IMG/VR virus record: IMGVR_UViG_3300005099_000065
Span: 1-64,000 of that record
Length of the DNA: 64,000 nucleotides
Strand: one strand, 5' to 3'
From: a virus
Shown: positions 38,565 to 48,057 of the stretch, piece by piece
How positions within the stretch are numbered: the first letter of the stretch is position 1
Layout: every line of letters starts with the position of its first letter
Program-made: the position numbers and the translations under genes
The notes under the pieces: generated by a model
What the model was told of the DNA's origin: nothing
Database searches by the model: none
What the model saw: the letters and a program-made list of their open reading frames with translations, nothing else

Positions 38565-39055
38565 CTCCACAACAAAAGAAACTGACTGACAAATTGTTGA
38601 AAGTCAGATTGTCTCCACATTTCATGATGAGGGAATTCAGAACCAGCACATTGTATCCAGAGTTGGCTGAAAGAATTCCTCTAGATGAAACAGATGTGTT
38701 GAAATTTCGCTTGATTTGCTACACCATTTTGGAACCAGTGTGGGAAATGCTGAACGAAAAATATCGCCCTAAACCAGTGAAAATCCGAATACTGAGCGGC
38801 AAAAGAAGCTACCGATTAAATACTTTGCTAGGAGGAAGGAAAAGAAGCTTGCATTTGCAGTCGATGGCTGTGGACTTTGTACCTCTGATAGATTACTTGG
38901 TGTCGGATGAAGTGTTGGAGCAAACGTTTCAGTTCATAAAGCTGAGATTACCTTATGCATTTGGGGAATTGTATTGGCAATACAGAAGACAATTCATCCA
39001 TGTAAGCCTACCATTGCCTGGCAAGTGGAGGGAAGCATGGGTAGTGAAAGAGTAA
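38561..39055 (+). CDS. Endolysin, peptidase M15 family
   Basis: LSPHFMMREF, ILSGKRS, SLHLQSMAVDF, FIHVS zinc-peptidase motifs. Confidence 0.85.
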   Translation: MTPQQKKLTDKLLKVRLSPHFMMREFRTSTLYPELAERIPLDETDVLKFRLICYTILEPVWEMLNEKYRPKPVKIRILSGKRSYRLNTLLGGRKRSLHLQSMAVDFVPLIDYLVSDEVLEQTFQFIKLRLPYAFGELYWQYRRQFIHVSLPLPGKWREAWVVKE

Positions 39056-39450
39056 GGCAAGTGCTGAATCTGGATGTGGATGAAGAAACTGAAAGGAAAA
39101 TATTGGCTTATGGATTAACCCTAATTGCGTGGCTGGAAACAGATCCTGCTGATTTGCCTGAAATTGATTCTCCAGCTGGTGCCAGAATGAAAGATCTGGG
39201 CAAAGAATGGAACAAGTTGAGAAAAGAGCTAAAAATTCGAGCTTACAAGCCTTGCAGAGATAGCGATGCCCGAAGAGCCCAGCTGGTGCAAATGTACTTG
39301 CAGCTACGTTATGAGATAGATGTAAAGCAACCTCCACTAACACCTGCCACTCGGATTGCCGTGTGGAAAATGAAACTGGATTTGATGAATAAAATAGAGC
39401 AGTTGAAGCAAAGCAAAGAGGAAAGCCTGAGTGAGTTGATTAAGAAATAA
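39037..39450 (+). CDS. Hypothetical helical protein (terminase small subunit candidate)
   Basis: Helical charged protein, last gene of the late operon; the TerS call rests on size and character only. Confidence 0.4.
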   Translation: MGSERVRQVLNLDVDEETERKILAYGLTLIAWLETDPADLPEIDSPAGARMKDLGKEWNKLRKELKIRAYKPCRDSDARRAQLVQMYLQLRYEIDVKQPPLTPATRIAVWKMKLDLMNKIEQLKQSKEESLSELIKK

Positions 39451-39545
39451 CAAAAACCAAAAACCAAAAACCAAAAATCAAAAATCAAAAATCGAAAACC
39501 AAATTCGAATCAAAATCAAAATCAAAATCAAATCAAAATCGAACC
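39451..39545. repeat. Degenerate (CAAAAAC/T)n then (CAAAAT)n microsatellite
   Basis: Read directly; starts immediately after the stop codon. Confidence 0.9.
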
Positions 39546-39904
39546 AAAGCAATTCGGATTTTTGAAGCTGAGAGAGGAGAAAGTGAATTGAAGGTGGAAA
39601 GTCGATTGCGGGATGAAATGTGTGTTAATTTTGCTGGGTTGCATGTTATTGGCAAGGGCTAAATCGTGGTGTTGGTGTTGGTGGGGTTGGAAATTTTGGA
39701 TTTTAGAGCTCTATTAGCATTTGCACTGCACCACCATCACCAACCCCACTCACACACCAGCAGCACATCTTCATCAACTTCATCCATTATACCTGTCCAT
39801 AATCACAAGCTCATATGTTCCTGTCCGTGTGCCTATATGTTCATATTTATGTCCATAATTGCATATTTGTATGCTCATGTTTATATGTCTATATGTTCAT
39901 GTTG

Positions 39905-39958
39905 TGGCGTAATACGGTTGTTTGGCGTAATACGGTTGTTTGGCGTAATACGGTTGTT
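39905..39958. repeat. Three perfect 18-bp direct repeats TGGCGTAATACGGTTGTT
   Basis: Read directly. Confidence 0.95.
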
Positions 39959-40048
39959 TGATGTGATATGTGATTATTTTTAATGGTGTGTGTGGTGGGG
40001 ATGAATGTCTTTGGGACATATAAAAAAATAAAAAAAATTCAAGATTTA

Positions 40049-40125
40049 CACACCACCACCACCACCAATACCAACAACACATCTACCACCATCAACACCA
40101 ACAACACCACCACTCCACCAACAAT
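40049..40125. repeat. Low-complexity (CAC/CAA)n tract
   Basis: Read directly. Confidence 0.8.
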
Positions 40126-40187
40126 AGCTTCATCCACATCAACAGCAAACTCAATTTGATTCGGTCTGGATCTGGTTTGATTCAACC

Positions 40188-40400
40188 TCAGCTTTCTCGA
40201 ACACCCTTCCTCAACTCAAACCTTTCGCAATTCTCTTTAGGCTCAAATTCTTCGTCCTCATCAGCCAGAACAATACCATCGCAAAGATACAACAATCCTA
40301 TCCCCGTATATCTGGCTTTGAAATGTTTGCAATGGAAACAACTTCTTTCCTTTTGTTGACTTGATTTGATTCTCCCTTTTGATTTCATTTCCTCATCCAT
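40188..40400 (-). CDS. Small Cys-containing hypothetical protein
   Basis: SCFHCKHF...C...NCERFE pattern. Confidence 0.6.
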   Translation of the reverse strand: MDEEMKSKGRIKSSQQKERSCFHCKHFKARYTGIGLLYLCDGIVLADEDEEFEPKENCERFELRKGVRES

Positions 40401-40609
40401 TGCTTATCCGAATCACTCCAAATCTTTTTGTATCTTTTCCACATAACATAAGCAAGCCAAAATTGCTCTCCACTGCTGAAATACGGAGTTTCTAACATTG
40501 TGCCGTAAGCTTGTTTCATTTCTTCCAAAACATTTTTCATAGCCGTTGCAGTCCAAAAAAGCTGTTGGGTCTCAGCATTTGTTGCAATTGGTCTTGGCGA
40601 GGAAGCCAA
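40385..40609 (-). CDS. Hypothetical protein (true start may be downstream)
   Basis: Fills the gap between two minus-strand genes. Confidence 0.4.
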   Translation of the reverse strand: MASSPRPIATNAETQQLFWTATAMKNVLEEMKQAYGTMLETPYFSSGEQFWLAYVMWKRYKKIWSDSDKQWMRK

Positions 40610-40773
40610 ATGGTTTCACTCGCCAATTCCTCTGGCCAATTTATCTCCCAATGATATTTTATTTTGTGATGAAATTCCCGTATTGCGAACAGATCATCAT
40701 ATTTGTATTTGCATTTCTTTTGGATTTCCCTGGCTTTCTTGCACATCAAAATATATTTTCCACTCAGATCCAT
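40537..40773 (-). CDS. Conserved phage hypothetical protein
   Basis: MDLSGKYILMCKKAREIQ...WLPRQDQLQ pattern; GGAG RBS. Confidence 0.65.
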   Translation of the reverse strand: MDLSGKYILMCKKAREIQKKCKYKYDDLFAIREFHHKIKYHWEINWPEELASETIWLPRQDQLQQMLRPNSFFGLQRL

Positions 40774-40800
40774 TTTCTCCTTTGAATTCAGTTTTCATAA

Positions 40801-40829
40801 CATCACCATCACCATCACCATCACCATCA
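40801..40829. repeat. (CATCAC)n microsatellite, intergenic
   Basis: Four perfect units plus a partial fifth. Confidence 0.9.
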
Positions 40830-40849
40830 ATGCAACCATTCTTTGCATT

Positions 40850-41674
40850 TCATTCTTCTTGCGATTCGATTTCTTGAATGGCTTTTTTATACCACTCATT
40901 GCTCAAGTCTTTCCAAAACAATGTTTGCTTTTCTTTCATTTCCAAATACTCAACCAATTGTTGAGCAGTTATCCAATCCTTCAATCGAGCTGGATAACCT
41001 TGGGAATTAAGCTCCTTTTCTATTTGAGCCAAAGTCAAAATGTTCCTTTTACCCTCTTCGTCTTTCCAGCAATGTTCAAATTCCCTCAACCTTCCCAATA
41101 TGCAAGGAAAACAACCCACACGAGCGAAACCCCGAGAATAAAGGGGATTGGGTTGAATGCTCCGAGAGCGCAACAATTGGAACACTTGAGGTACCGAATA
41201 GCGCAATAGAGGAAAATGACATGTGATCCGAGACAATTTGTTTCTCATTCCTTTTCTCAAAGATGCCCATTTTAGCCAATCCCGACAATTCATGTAAGCT
41301 GAGGTGTATTTGATACGACGTGAACGGCTTTCGCTTTTTCTGATTCCAATCCAAAGCTCTGTTATGTCATAACCAGAAAAAGCCAAAAATTCAGCCACTG
41401 GTCTGGTTTTCAAATAACCAGTGCAGAATCTGATTTTGGAATTGGGAAATCTTTTCCACTTTCGTATCAAATCAATCAAAGTGTAGGATGGAGACAATCT
41501 GATTATGCGCACACCCAAAACCCTTTCCAAATAATCCAAATATTCATATGTGAGCGAATGTTCCCAACCAGTGTCTGTGAAGATCCCTACCACATTTTCA
41601 TTTCCATACCTTTCCACAGCCAGCAATAATGTAGCTGTGCTATCCTTACCCCCACTCACCAACACTCCAATCAT
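40850..41674 (-). CDS. PAPS-reductase-family (DndC/CysH-like) PP-loop protein
   Basis: VSGGKDSTA, FTDTGWEH, RFCTGYLK, IGIRKSESRSR, RVGCFPC. Confidence 0.85.
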   Translation of the reverse strand: MIGVLVSGGKDSTATLLLAVERYGNENVVGIFTDTGWEHSLTYEYLDYLERVLGVRIIRLSPSYTLIDLIRKWKRFPNSKIRFCTGYLKTRPVAEFLAFSGYDITELWIGIRKSESRSRRIKYTSAYMNCRDWLKWASLRKGMRNKLSRITCHFPLLRYSVPQVFQLLRSRSIQPNPLYSRGFARVGCFPCILGRLREFEHCWKDEEGKRNILTLAQIEKELNSQGYPARLKDWITAQQLVEYLEMKEKQTLFWKDLSNEWYKKAIQEIESQEE

Positions 41675-41786
41675 GAACGCCCTACCTAATGTTCACTCCC
41701 TTTGTGTCAAGAAGCGCTTTTCTAACACCCCAGTTTTGGCTCTATCTCTTCATCTCGACCATCTCCTCCTTGTCTATAAATCATCT

Positions 41787-42122
41787 TTATTTTTTCCAAC
41801 CAGCAATAGCTGAATTTCTAAATTGTTTAGCAGCTTCCACCACTTCAGGATGAGGATGTTCAAAACTCACTCCTATGTATTCATCTGACGTCCATTTGAC
41901 CACACCCTTCAACACGTGAACGCTATTCAATATCAAATGAACCTCTATGGAATCTCCTTTTTTGAAATTGTGTCCATCTTTTTCTACCAAACACCCTCGC
42001 TCACTGATGTTCAGCATCCGAGCTGGCTCAGCAGGCAAGGTGGTCTCAAGCAAACCAAAACTTTTTTTGATATAAGCTAAATTCCAAGTAAGGAGACGAG
42101 GGCTTTTCCTCTTTTCCTCCAT
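41787..42122 (-). CDS. Stand-alone PilZ-domain protein
   Basis: KRKSPR (RxxxR) and NISERG (D/NxSxxG) c-di-GMP-binding motifs, GVVKW, IGVSF. Confidence 0.8.
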   Translation of the reverse strand: MEEKRKSPRLLTWNLAYIKKSFGLLETTLPAEPARMLNISERGCLVEKDGHNFKKGDSIEVHLILNSVHVLKGVVKWTSDEYIGVSFEHPHPEVVEAAKQFRNSAIAGWKK

Positions 42123-42398
42123 TTACTTTCCACCTCCTTGCAAATCTTCTCTTTTCAAATTTTTCAAACTCAAATCTATCAATTCATCCAAATCCTTCCA
42201 ACACTGAGCAAGATAAGAGCGAACAGATTGTGCATTCAATCCCTTTGCATAAACATAGACATTGTCTGCTTCTTCATCTATACCAAAATGAACCAAAGAC
42301 ATTCGGTTCCCCTCCAACACAAACTCAGCATAAAATTTTATGTCTCCCAAAAGAGAATCTTTCACCCATTTGGCTATGGTTATTTCCAACTTCATCAT
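42123..42398 (-). CDS. Hypothetical protein
   Basis: Coupled ORF in the leftward block. Confidence 0.6.
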   Translation of the reverse strand: MMKLEITIAKWVKDSLLGDIKFYAEFVLEGNRMSLVHFGIDEEADNVYVYAKGLNAQSVRSYLAQCWKDLDELIDLSLKNLKREDLQGGGK

Positions 42399-42601
42399 CT
42401 GCTCCTCCTATACAATTCCACTTCTGTCAACAACAACCAAATTTCCCGGCTTTCCACTTTTACCTTTACCATGTCTGGTTTCACATCAATCACTTCGCCA
42501 ACCTTGTTAGCCAGCTTCAATATGTTGGTGGTGGGGGTGAAAAGCACGAAAACTTTGTCACCCACTTTGTAATTGTAAGTCATCTCAGCCCTCCTTGACA
42601 T
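42395..42601 (-). CDS. Small KOW/SH3-like protein
   Basis: YKVGDKVFV...GEVIDVKPDMVKVKV. Confidence 0.55.
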   Translation of the reverse strand: MSRRAEMTYNYKVGDKVFVLFTPTTNILKLANKVGEVIDVKPDMVKVKVESREIWLLLTEVELYRRSR

Positions 42602-42815
42602 ATGTTACTAATCGCACGTCTAAGCTCGGTGTTTTTTCTTTGATCAATTTATATGAGTGATAGCCAATTGTCACACCATGAGCTAAAAAATCGCAAAAAT
42701 GCAGCAAATGGATAAACAACAATTTGTGGATTGATTTATCATCAGGAAGCTCGAGCTTTTCATAATACTCCTTTGCTAATTTGATTTTGTCGCTGAACAA
42801 AATCATTTCATCCAC
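42585..42815 (-). CDS. Hypothetical protein
   Basis: Coupled ORF. Confidence 0.55.
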   Translation of the reverse strand: MDEMILFSDKIKLAKEYYEKLELPDDKSIHKLLFIHLLHFCDFLAHGVTIGYHSYKLIKEKTPSLDVRLVTYVKEG

Positions 42816-43188
42816 TTTTTATCACCTCCTGAATGTTGATCCAACACAAAGCCAAAGCATTTTCCAGCTTCACGGATTTTCCATAATCATCTATTAGCCC
42901 TGTAAAATCTTCATATCCAGCTATCCACAAAAGCCTGCCTTGATCCCAATACACAACTAATCGACCTAGCTTTTCGTGATATTTAGGCAGTTGCCGAATC
43001 ATTTCAGATGCATTAGGTGCTGCATACCTTTTGTTGTGTTCTATCACCAAATCTATCACTCTCTGATAATACCACAACTGATTTCCCACCCAGTGCCATA
43101 GGATGCAATCTTGAGGAAAACCGTGTTCCTTCAATCGTTGGGCTACGAGAAGAGAAACCACTTGATCTTTGGCAGACAAATCTCTCAT
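42808..43188 (-). CDS. Conserved phage hypothetical protein
   Basis: AQRLKEHGFPQ...YAAPNASEM...LP pattern; GGAG RBS. Confidence 0.65.
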   Translation of the reverse strand: MRDLSAKDQVVSLLVAQRLKEHGFPQDCILWHWVGNQLWYYQRVIDLVIEHNKRYAAPNASEMIRQLPKYHEKLGRLVVYWDQGRLLWIAGYEDFTGLIDDYGKSVKLENALALCWINIQEVIKSG

Positions 43189-43221
43189 CTTTCGCTCCTT
43201 AAATCTTTAATTGTTTTAATG

Positions 43222-43380
43222 TTACGACCCAATTTCTCTCTCCAGTTGTTTGATTAGTTTTTCAATCTCTTCTTTTGTCCTCATGACAAGGAATACCAAA
43301 TACAAATTGTTTTGCTGATAACAGGTCTTTTTCAAAGTGTCTAAGCTTTTCAAAATCCCTCTCAGTTCGACCAAAATCAT
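43222..43380 (-). CDS. 52-aa hypothetical protein (below the ORF-track cutoff)
   Basis: Manual translation MILVELRGILKSL...EREIGS; fills the gap. Confidence 0.5.
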   Translation of the reverse strand: MILVELRGILKSLDTLKKTCYQQNNLYLVFLVMRTKEEIEKLIKQLEREIGS

Positions 43381-43381
43381 T

Positions 43382-44791
43382 TCATAAGATTTTTGCATCC
43401 TTTTTCTCCTTCAATTGCAAAATTTTCTTTTCAATTTCTTTTTCATTTCCCACTATCACATTCCAACCCAAAGCACGATAGATTTGAAATCTTTGTTGGC
43501 TGTGAGAAGCCAAATAATCATTCCCGTAATCCATACAGTCTATCAACAGTGGATTTGTGTCTTTGGGACGCAAAAGTCTACCAGCCCTTTGCACCACCGA
43601 AATTCGACTTCGACCTCCACCAGCTACCACCAGTACATCCAGCTGAGGAATGTCGATTCCTTCTTTCCACACGGTGGTGGCTATGACTATGGCGGATTGG
43701 TGGTTCAAAGCCTGGCGTAACAGGTGTTGAATTCGGCGAGGAGTTTTGCCTTGTACCAGCCTGGCTCCAGGAACAAGCGAAGCCAAAATTTTACCCTGCT
43801 CCACAGTGTCTACAGATATCAAAATCTTTCGACCTCTCAACAGTTCTACCAAATGAGCTAGCGTTTTATTTCTTTGTTCATTTTCAATTATTCCTTCCCT
43901 GCGTACCCAATACCAACTACCATAGACGGGACAGCGGGTTTTCACCATCAAAACAATGGGCTGAGACAAGTAAGATTGTTGTGTCAATTGTTGCACTTTT
44001 GCTTCATATATAATGGGACCTATGACACCGCAAGCTTTCATGTACTCTTCTGTCGTCCATAATGTGTGAGGAGTGGCTGTGAGACCGATGCGAAATGGGA
44101 TTTCGCTTTTGATTAAAATCCTCCGATAAGTATCAGAATGAGAGTGGTGGGCTTCATCCACCATTATCCCATCGAAATGTTCCCTCAAATTTTTGATTTC
44201 ATTTTCATCCCATCTGGACAAAGTTTGCACAGTGGCAATGGTGACTGTGGCTGGATAATAATCCACCTGTCCTCCACCCCAAATACGAGTGGAAAAGAAT
44301 CGGGAGAAAAACAAATATTGTTGGTGAAGCAATTCTCTGGTATGCACTATGAAAAGACATCTGAAATCCCGAATGCTGGCTATGATTCCAGCTGCTATGA
44401 TAGTTTTGCCTCCACCTGTGGGGATGTGGATGATTCCTCTTTGGTGTTCGAGAGAGTAATGAACTGCTTCATTTTGATATGAACGCAACTGAATACCATC
44501 CAAATTGATTTTTTGCAACTTGTAAGATAATTTCATCTTTCTGATTTTCAAATAAGGATATCTCTTTTCTATCTCTCCCAACAACCCACTCAAGAACCAA
44601 CCTCTTTCACTTATCATACTCACTTTGATTATCTTTTTCCTCCACACTCTCTTTTTCCCCCACCACGCTGGTTCCCATTGCACTTTTTTGTATATGAGTT
44701 CTTTTCTCAACCTTTCAAATTCTGGATGGTTGGGCGAAATCCAAGCCCAGCTAGGAGATCTTTGCACTATGTCAAAGGCTATTTTACGCAT
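43382..44791 (-). CDS. SF2 DEAD/DEAH-like helicase (UvsW-like)
   Basis: PTGGGKT, MVDEAHH, GLTATP, EGIDIP, QRAGRLLR. Confidence 0.9.
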   Translation of the reverse strand: MRKIAFDIVQRSPSWAWISPNHPEFERLRKELIYKKVQWEPAWWGKKRVWRKKIIKVSMISERGWFLSGLLGEIEKRYPYLKIRKMKLSYKLQKINLDGIQLRSYQNEAVHYSLEHQRGIIHIPTGGGKTIIAAGIIASIRDFRCLFIVHTRELLHQQYLFFSRFFSTRIWGGGQVDYYPATVTIATVQTLSRWDENEIKNLREHFDGIMVDEAHHSHSDTYRRILIKSEIPFRIGLTATPHTLWTTEEYMKACGVIGPIIYEAKVQQLTQQSYLSQPIVLMVKTRCPVYGSWYWVRREGIIENEQRNKTLAHLVELLRGRKILISVDTVEQGKILASLVPGARLVQGKTPRRIQHLLRQALNHQSAIVIATTVWKEGIDIPQLDVLVVAGGGRSRISVVQRAGRLLRPKDTNPLLIDCMDYGNDYLASHSQQRFQIYRALGWNVIVGNEKEIEKKILQLKEKKDAKIL

Positions 44792-45818
44792 TGTTTGCCA
44801 TTTGATTTTTGAGCTTGTTCAAATACCATTTCACCGTCACTCTCAATCCCTCTACCAAACTCAATTTCGGTCCCCAGCCAGTTGTTGTTCTGATTTTGAG
44901 ACAACACAATCTGTATTCCCAATCATGACCTGGACGATCTGACACGAATCTTATCAATCTTTCTCTTTCAGCATTTCCCTCAAACTCATCCACCAAATGA
45001 CAAATCAACTTCACCAATTCCAAATTTTGCACACTGAGAGTAAAGGCAGCATTTCCTATGTTATACGTGCCCAAAATACTTTTGCCTTTTTTCCTATACA
45101 ATTTCAACAATCGATGAAGGGCAGCGCAATAGTCGCCGATGTACAACCATGAACGCCTTTGTTCTCCTTTGCCATACACTGGTATGGGGCGTTGCAAATA
45201 AGCATTGAGAATGGTTTTGGGAATCAACTTGGAAAAATCTTGTCGAGGACCGTAAACGTTGGTTGAGTTGAAAATCAACACAGGCAAATCATATGTTCGC
45301 TGATATGCATTTATTAAACACATGGCACCTGCTTTACTAGCACTGTAAGGAGACGAAGGTCGATAAGGGGAATCCTCTTCAGCCCACACCTTGTCTCCAA
45401 ACACCTCGTCAGTACCTGCATAAAAGAACAACTTGCCTTCTCGAGATTTCCAAAATTCACGACAGGCTTCAAGCAAAGTGAGAGTGCCTTCCATATTGAT
45501 TCTGACGCAACGAAACGGATCTTTCAAACTCCTGTCCACGTGAGATTCAGCAGCAAAATGAAACACCATTTCAATAGGATAGAGAGTAAAGATGGTCTTC
45601 ACTTGCTCCCAATCCTCCACTCTTCCCTGAATATGATAATAACGAGTGGGAAATTCTTGGGTCAGTTCTTCATTGTTTCCATAACAAATATCCAACTCCA
45701 TGCTGTCCAAATTCACCACGTTCACATTGCGATATTGCATCAAAAGATTCCAAATCCAATTGCTACCAATAAACCCTGCCCCACCCGTTACCAGAACATA
45801 TTTTTCATTCATTTGCAT
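44784..45818 (-). CDS. rmlB: dTDP-glucose 4,6-dehydratase
   Basis: VTGGAGFIGSN, HFAAESHVDRS, TDEVFG, PSSPYSASK, DRPGHD. Confidence 0.9.
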   Translation of the reverse strand: MQMNEKYVLVTGGAGFIGSNWIWNLLMQYRNVNVVNLDSMELDICYGNNEELTQEFPTRYYHIQGRVEDWEQVKTIFTLYPIEMVFHFAAESHVDRSLKDPFRCVRINMEGTLTLLEACREFWKSREGKLFFYAGTDEVFGDKVWAEEDSPYRPSSPYSASKAGAMCLINAYQRTYDLPVLIFNSTNVYGPRQDFSKLIPKTILNAYLQRPIPVYGKGEQRRSWLYIGDYCAALHRLLKLYRKKGKSILGTYNIGNAAFTLSVQNLELVKLICHLVDEFEGNAERERLIRFVSDRPGHDWEYRLCCLKIRTTTGWGPKLSLVEGLRVTVKWYLNKLKNQMANNA

Positions 45819-45832
45819 TCCTCCTTGTTTTT

Positions 45833-45867
45833 ATTATAACTTGTTTTGATTGAAAAGTGAAAATTTT
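45833..45867 (-). promoter_or_regulatory. Leftward promoter AAAATTTTCACT-17-TATAAT
   Basis: Minus-strand TTCACT (45861-45856) and TATAAT (45838-45833); the same 15-mer occurs at 48812. Confidence 0.65.
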
Positions 45868-45904
45868 TTAGTTGAAATCCAAAAACAGGTTATAATAATA
45901 CAAA

Positions 45905-47149
45905 ATGAAGATATATTTCAAAAATTCCAACGGGATTCTTTATCAAGGTCATGTGTTAGATGTTTTGAAGCAACTGCCTGACGAGTGTGTGGATTGCGTG
46001 ATAACTTCGCCCCCATATTGGTGTTTGAGACGATATCCTAATGCAGACACGATATGGGATGGAAAATCTGATTGCAAACACGAGTGGGAAGGAGAGTTTT
46101 GCAAAAAATGCGGGGCTTGGAAAGGACAGCTAGGGCTTGAACCAACTTTAGGTTTGTATCTTATCCATCTAGTTCAAATAATGAAAGAGCTGAAGAGAGT
46201 CTTGAAAAAAACAGGAGTCATATTTTGGAATCATGGAGATAACTATTCCAACAGTACTGTTCGCTGCGGTGCACCAGAGAAATGTATGTGCCTTCAAAAT
46301 TTTCGTTTCATCACCCATTGCATTGATGAATTGGGATTGATTTTAAGGAACATCATCATTTGGTGCAAACCAAATGCCATGCCCTGTAGTGTCACGGACA
46401 GACTTGCCCTCATGTACGAGCCCATATTCGTGTTGGTTAAAGACCGAGCATATTGGTTTGATTTAGACGCAGTGAGAGTACCTTATGCACCGAGTGGGAT
46501 ACAAAGGAGAAAATATCCTTTGTCAAAGTTTGGCGGAGATCCTCAAAATCCCACAGGCAGATTTGGCAAAGGAGTCAAAAAAGGAAGTGAAGCAGTGCTT
46601 TTGCCTGAAATACCAAATCCATTGGGTAAAAATCCTGGCGATGTCTGGATAATTGCAACACAACCATTTCCAGAAGCCCACTTCGCTACATTTCCTCCTC
46701 AATTAATAGAACCATTGGTAGAATTGGGTTGTCCTCGTTGGATATGCAAAAAATGCAAACAACCTCGCTCCAGAATAGTGAAAACATACTATGAACCAGG
46801 CAAACGTTATTCAAATGAAAAGACTTTGACCGAAGAGGCTAAAAAGCAAGGTCAAAATCCAGGTCCTCAAGGAATGAAATATGGCAGAGCAAATGCCATA
46901 CGCTACACCGTTGGTTGGACAAAGTGCGGATGCGATGCTGGATGGGAATCAGGTGTGGTATTAGATCCTTTCATGGGCAGTGGTACTGTGGCTGTGGTTG
47001 CTACTCGGCTTTTGCGTCGCTGGATTGGAATAGAAATCAGTGAAGAATATTGTCAGATGACCGTGAATAGATTAAAACAACAAGTAAGTCCTTTGTTGAC
47101 GTTTTTGGCTGGATGGTCAACCTCTCACGATGAACCTGCAATCATTTGA
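45905..47149 (+). CDS. N4-C/N6-A DNA methyltransferase (beta class) with a Zn-finger-like insertion
   Basis: ITSPPY, HFATFP, DPFMGSGT; insert CPRWICKKC...CGC. Confidence 0.9.
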   Translation: MKIYFKNSNGILYQGHVLDVLKQLPDECVDCVITSPPYWCLRRYPNADTIWDGKSDCKHEWEGEFCKKCGAWKGQLGLEPTLGLYLIHLVQIMKELKRVLKKTGVIFWNHGDNYSNSTVRCGAPEKCMCLQNFRFITHCIDELGLILRNIIIWCKPNAMPCSVTDRLALMYEPIFVLVKDRAYWFDLDAVRVPYAPSGIQRRKYPLSKFGGDPQNPTGRFGKGVKKGSEAVLLPEIPNPLGKNPGDVWIIATQPFPEAHFATFPPQLIEPLVELGCPRWICKKCKQPRSRIVKTYYEPGKRYSNEKTLTEEAKKQGQNPGPQGMKYGRANAIRYTVGWTKCGCDAGWESGVVLDPFMGSGTVAVVATRLLRRWIGIEISEEYCQMTVNRLKQQVSPLLTFLAGWSTSHDEPAII

Positions 47150-48032
47150 TGTCATTCAGTACTTGGAAGATAGAGGAATTGAATATCGATTGAGAGGCAA
47201 GAATGTTTCTCGTGGTTGGGTAGAAATCAATTGCCTCTGGTGTGATGACCCTTCGTTTCACTTAGGGATTTCTCCTCAAAGATTTTTGAATTGTTGGAGA
47301 TGCGGACCCAAAGGTTCAATCATCAATTTGATTTGCAAAATAGACAAGTGTAGCAAACCAGCGGCCAAAGAAATTTTAAAGCAATATTCGCACTTAACAG
47401 ACGAAACTTTAAACATCATTTTAAATAAGCAACCTCAACCACGGGCAAAATCATCACTTTCATTACCTGGTCGCCCAGGGTTGCATGATCAATATCGTGA
47501 CTATTTGATAAAGAGAAAATTCAATCCTGATTTTTTGGAAGTGTATTATCAGTTGAGAAGCGGACCCATAGCAGGTTGTTATCATCACAGAATCATCATC
47601 CCAATCATTCAAAATCGACAACCAGTTTCATTTTTGGCTCGCTCCATATCAGATTCATTACAGCCTAAATATCTGGCTTCTCCTAGTGAGCAGTCATTGA
47701 AACCCATAAAACATTGTCTGTACGGGATCGATGAGATAAAAGACGAAGCTGTGATTGTGGAAGGAGTAACTGATGTGTGGAGATGGGGACCTGGTGCTGT
47801 GGCAGTGTTTGGCAAAACAATGACATGGGAACAAGTTCAGCTTTTGAAATCCCGAGCTCATCGAGTGATCGTGTTGTTGGATGCTGATGCTCATAAGGAA
47901 GCTGAAAAGCTTGTTCATGATTTGGAACCATTTTTTGATGAAGTGAGATTGATGAATTTGGTTCGTGGTGATGTGGCTGATTTGAATGATGATGAATTGA
48001 TGAAATTGAAAAAGAAAGTCTACTTGTTTTGA
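47130..48032 (+). CDS. DNA primase (zinc finger + TOPRIM)
   Basis: CLWCDD...NCWRCG zinc domain; IVEGVTDV; LLDAD. Confidence 0.85.
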   Translation: MNLQSFDVIQYLEDRGIEYRLRGKNVSRGWVEINCLWCDDPSFHLGISPQRFLNCWRCGPKGSIINLICKIDKCSKPAAKEILKQYSHLTDETLNIILNKQPQPRAKSSLSLPGRPGLHDQYRDYLIKRKFNPDFLEVYYQLRSGPIAGCYHHRIIIPIIQNRQPVSFLARSISDSLQPKYLASPSEQSLKPIKHCLYGIDEIKDEAVIVEGVTDVWRWGPGAVAVFGKTMTWEQVQLLKSRAHRVIVLLDADAHKEAEKLVHDLEPFFDEVRLMNLVRGDVADLNDDELMKLKKKVYLF

Positions 48033-48057
48033 TGGTGCAAAAAAGGTCTGCCTGTCA

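Noticed and set aside
39905-39958. 18-bp repeats as a CRISPR mini-array
   Set aside because: The units are directly adjacent with no spacers, and no cas genes are seen.
40700-40852. Readthrough of the PAPS-reductase TGA into NAKNGCIDGDGDGDGD..., or a (UGA-UGG)n poly-Sec frame
   Set aside because: Both arise from the CATCAC microsatellite. The enzyme is already complete, no SECIS-like hairpin was seen, and the next gene has its own RBS and start.
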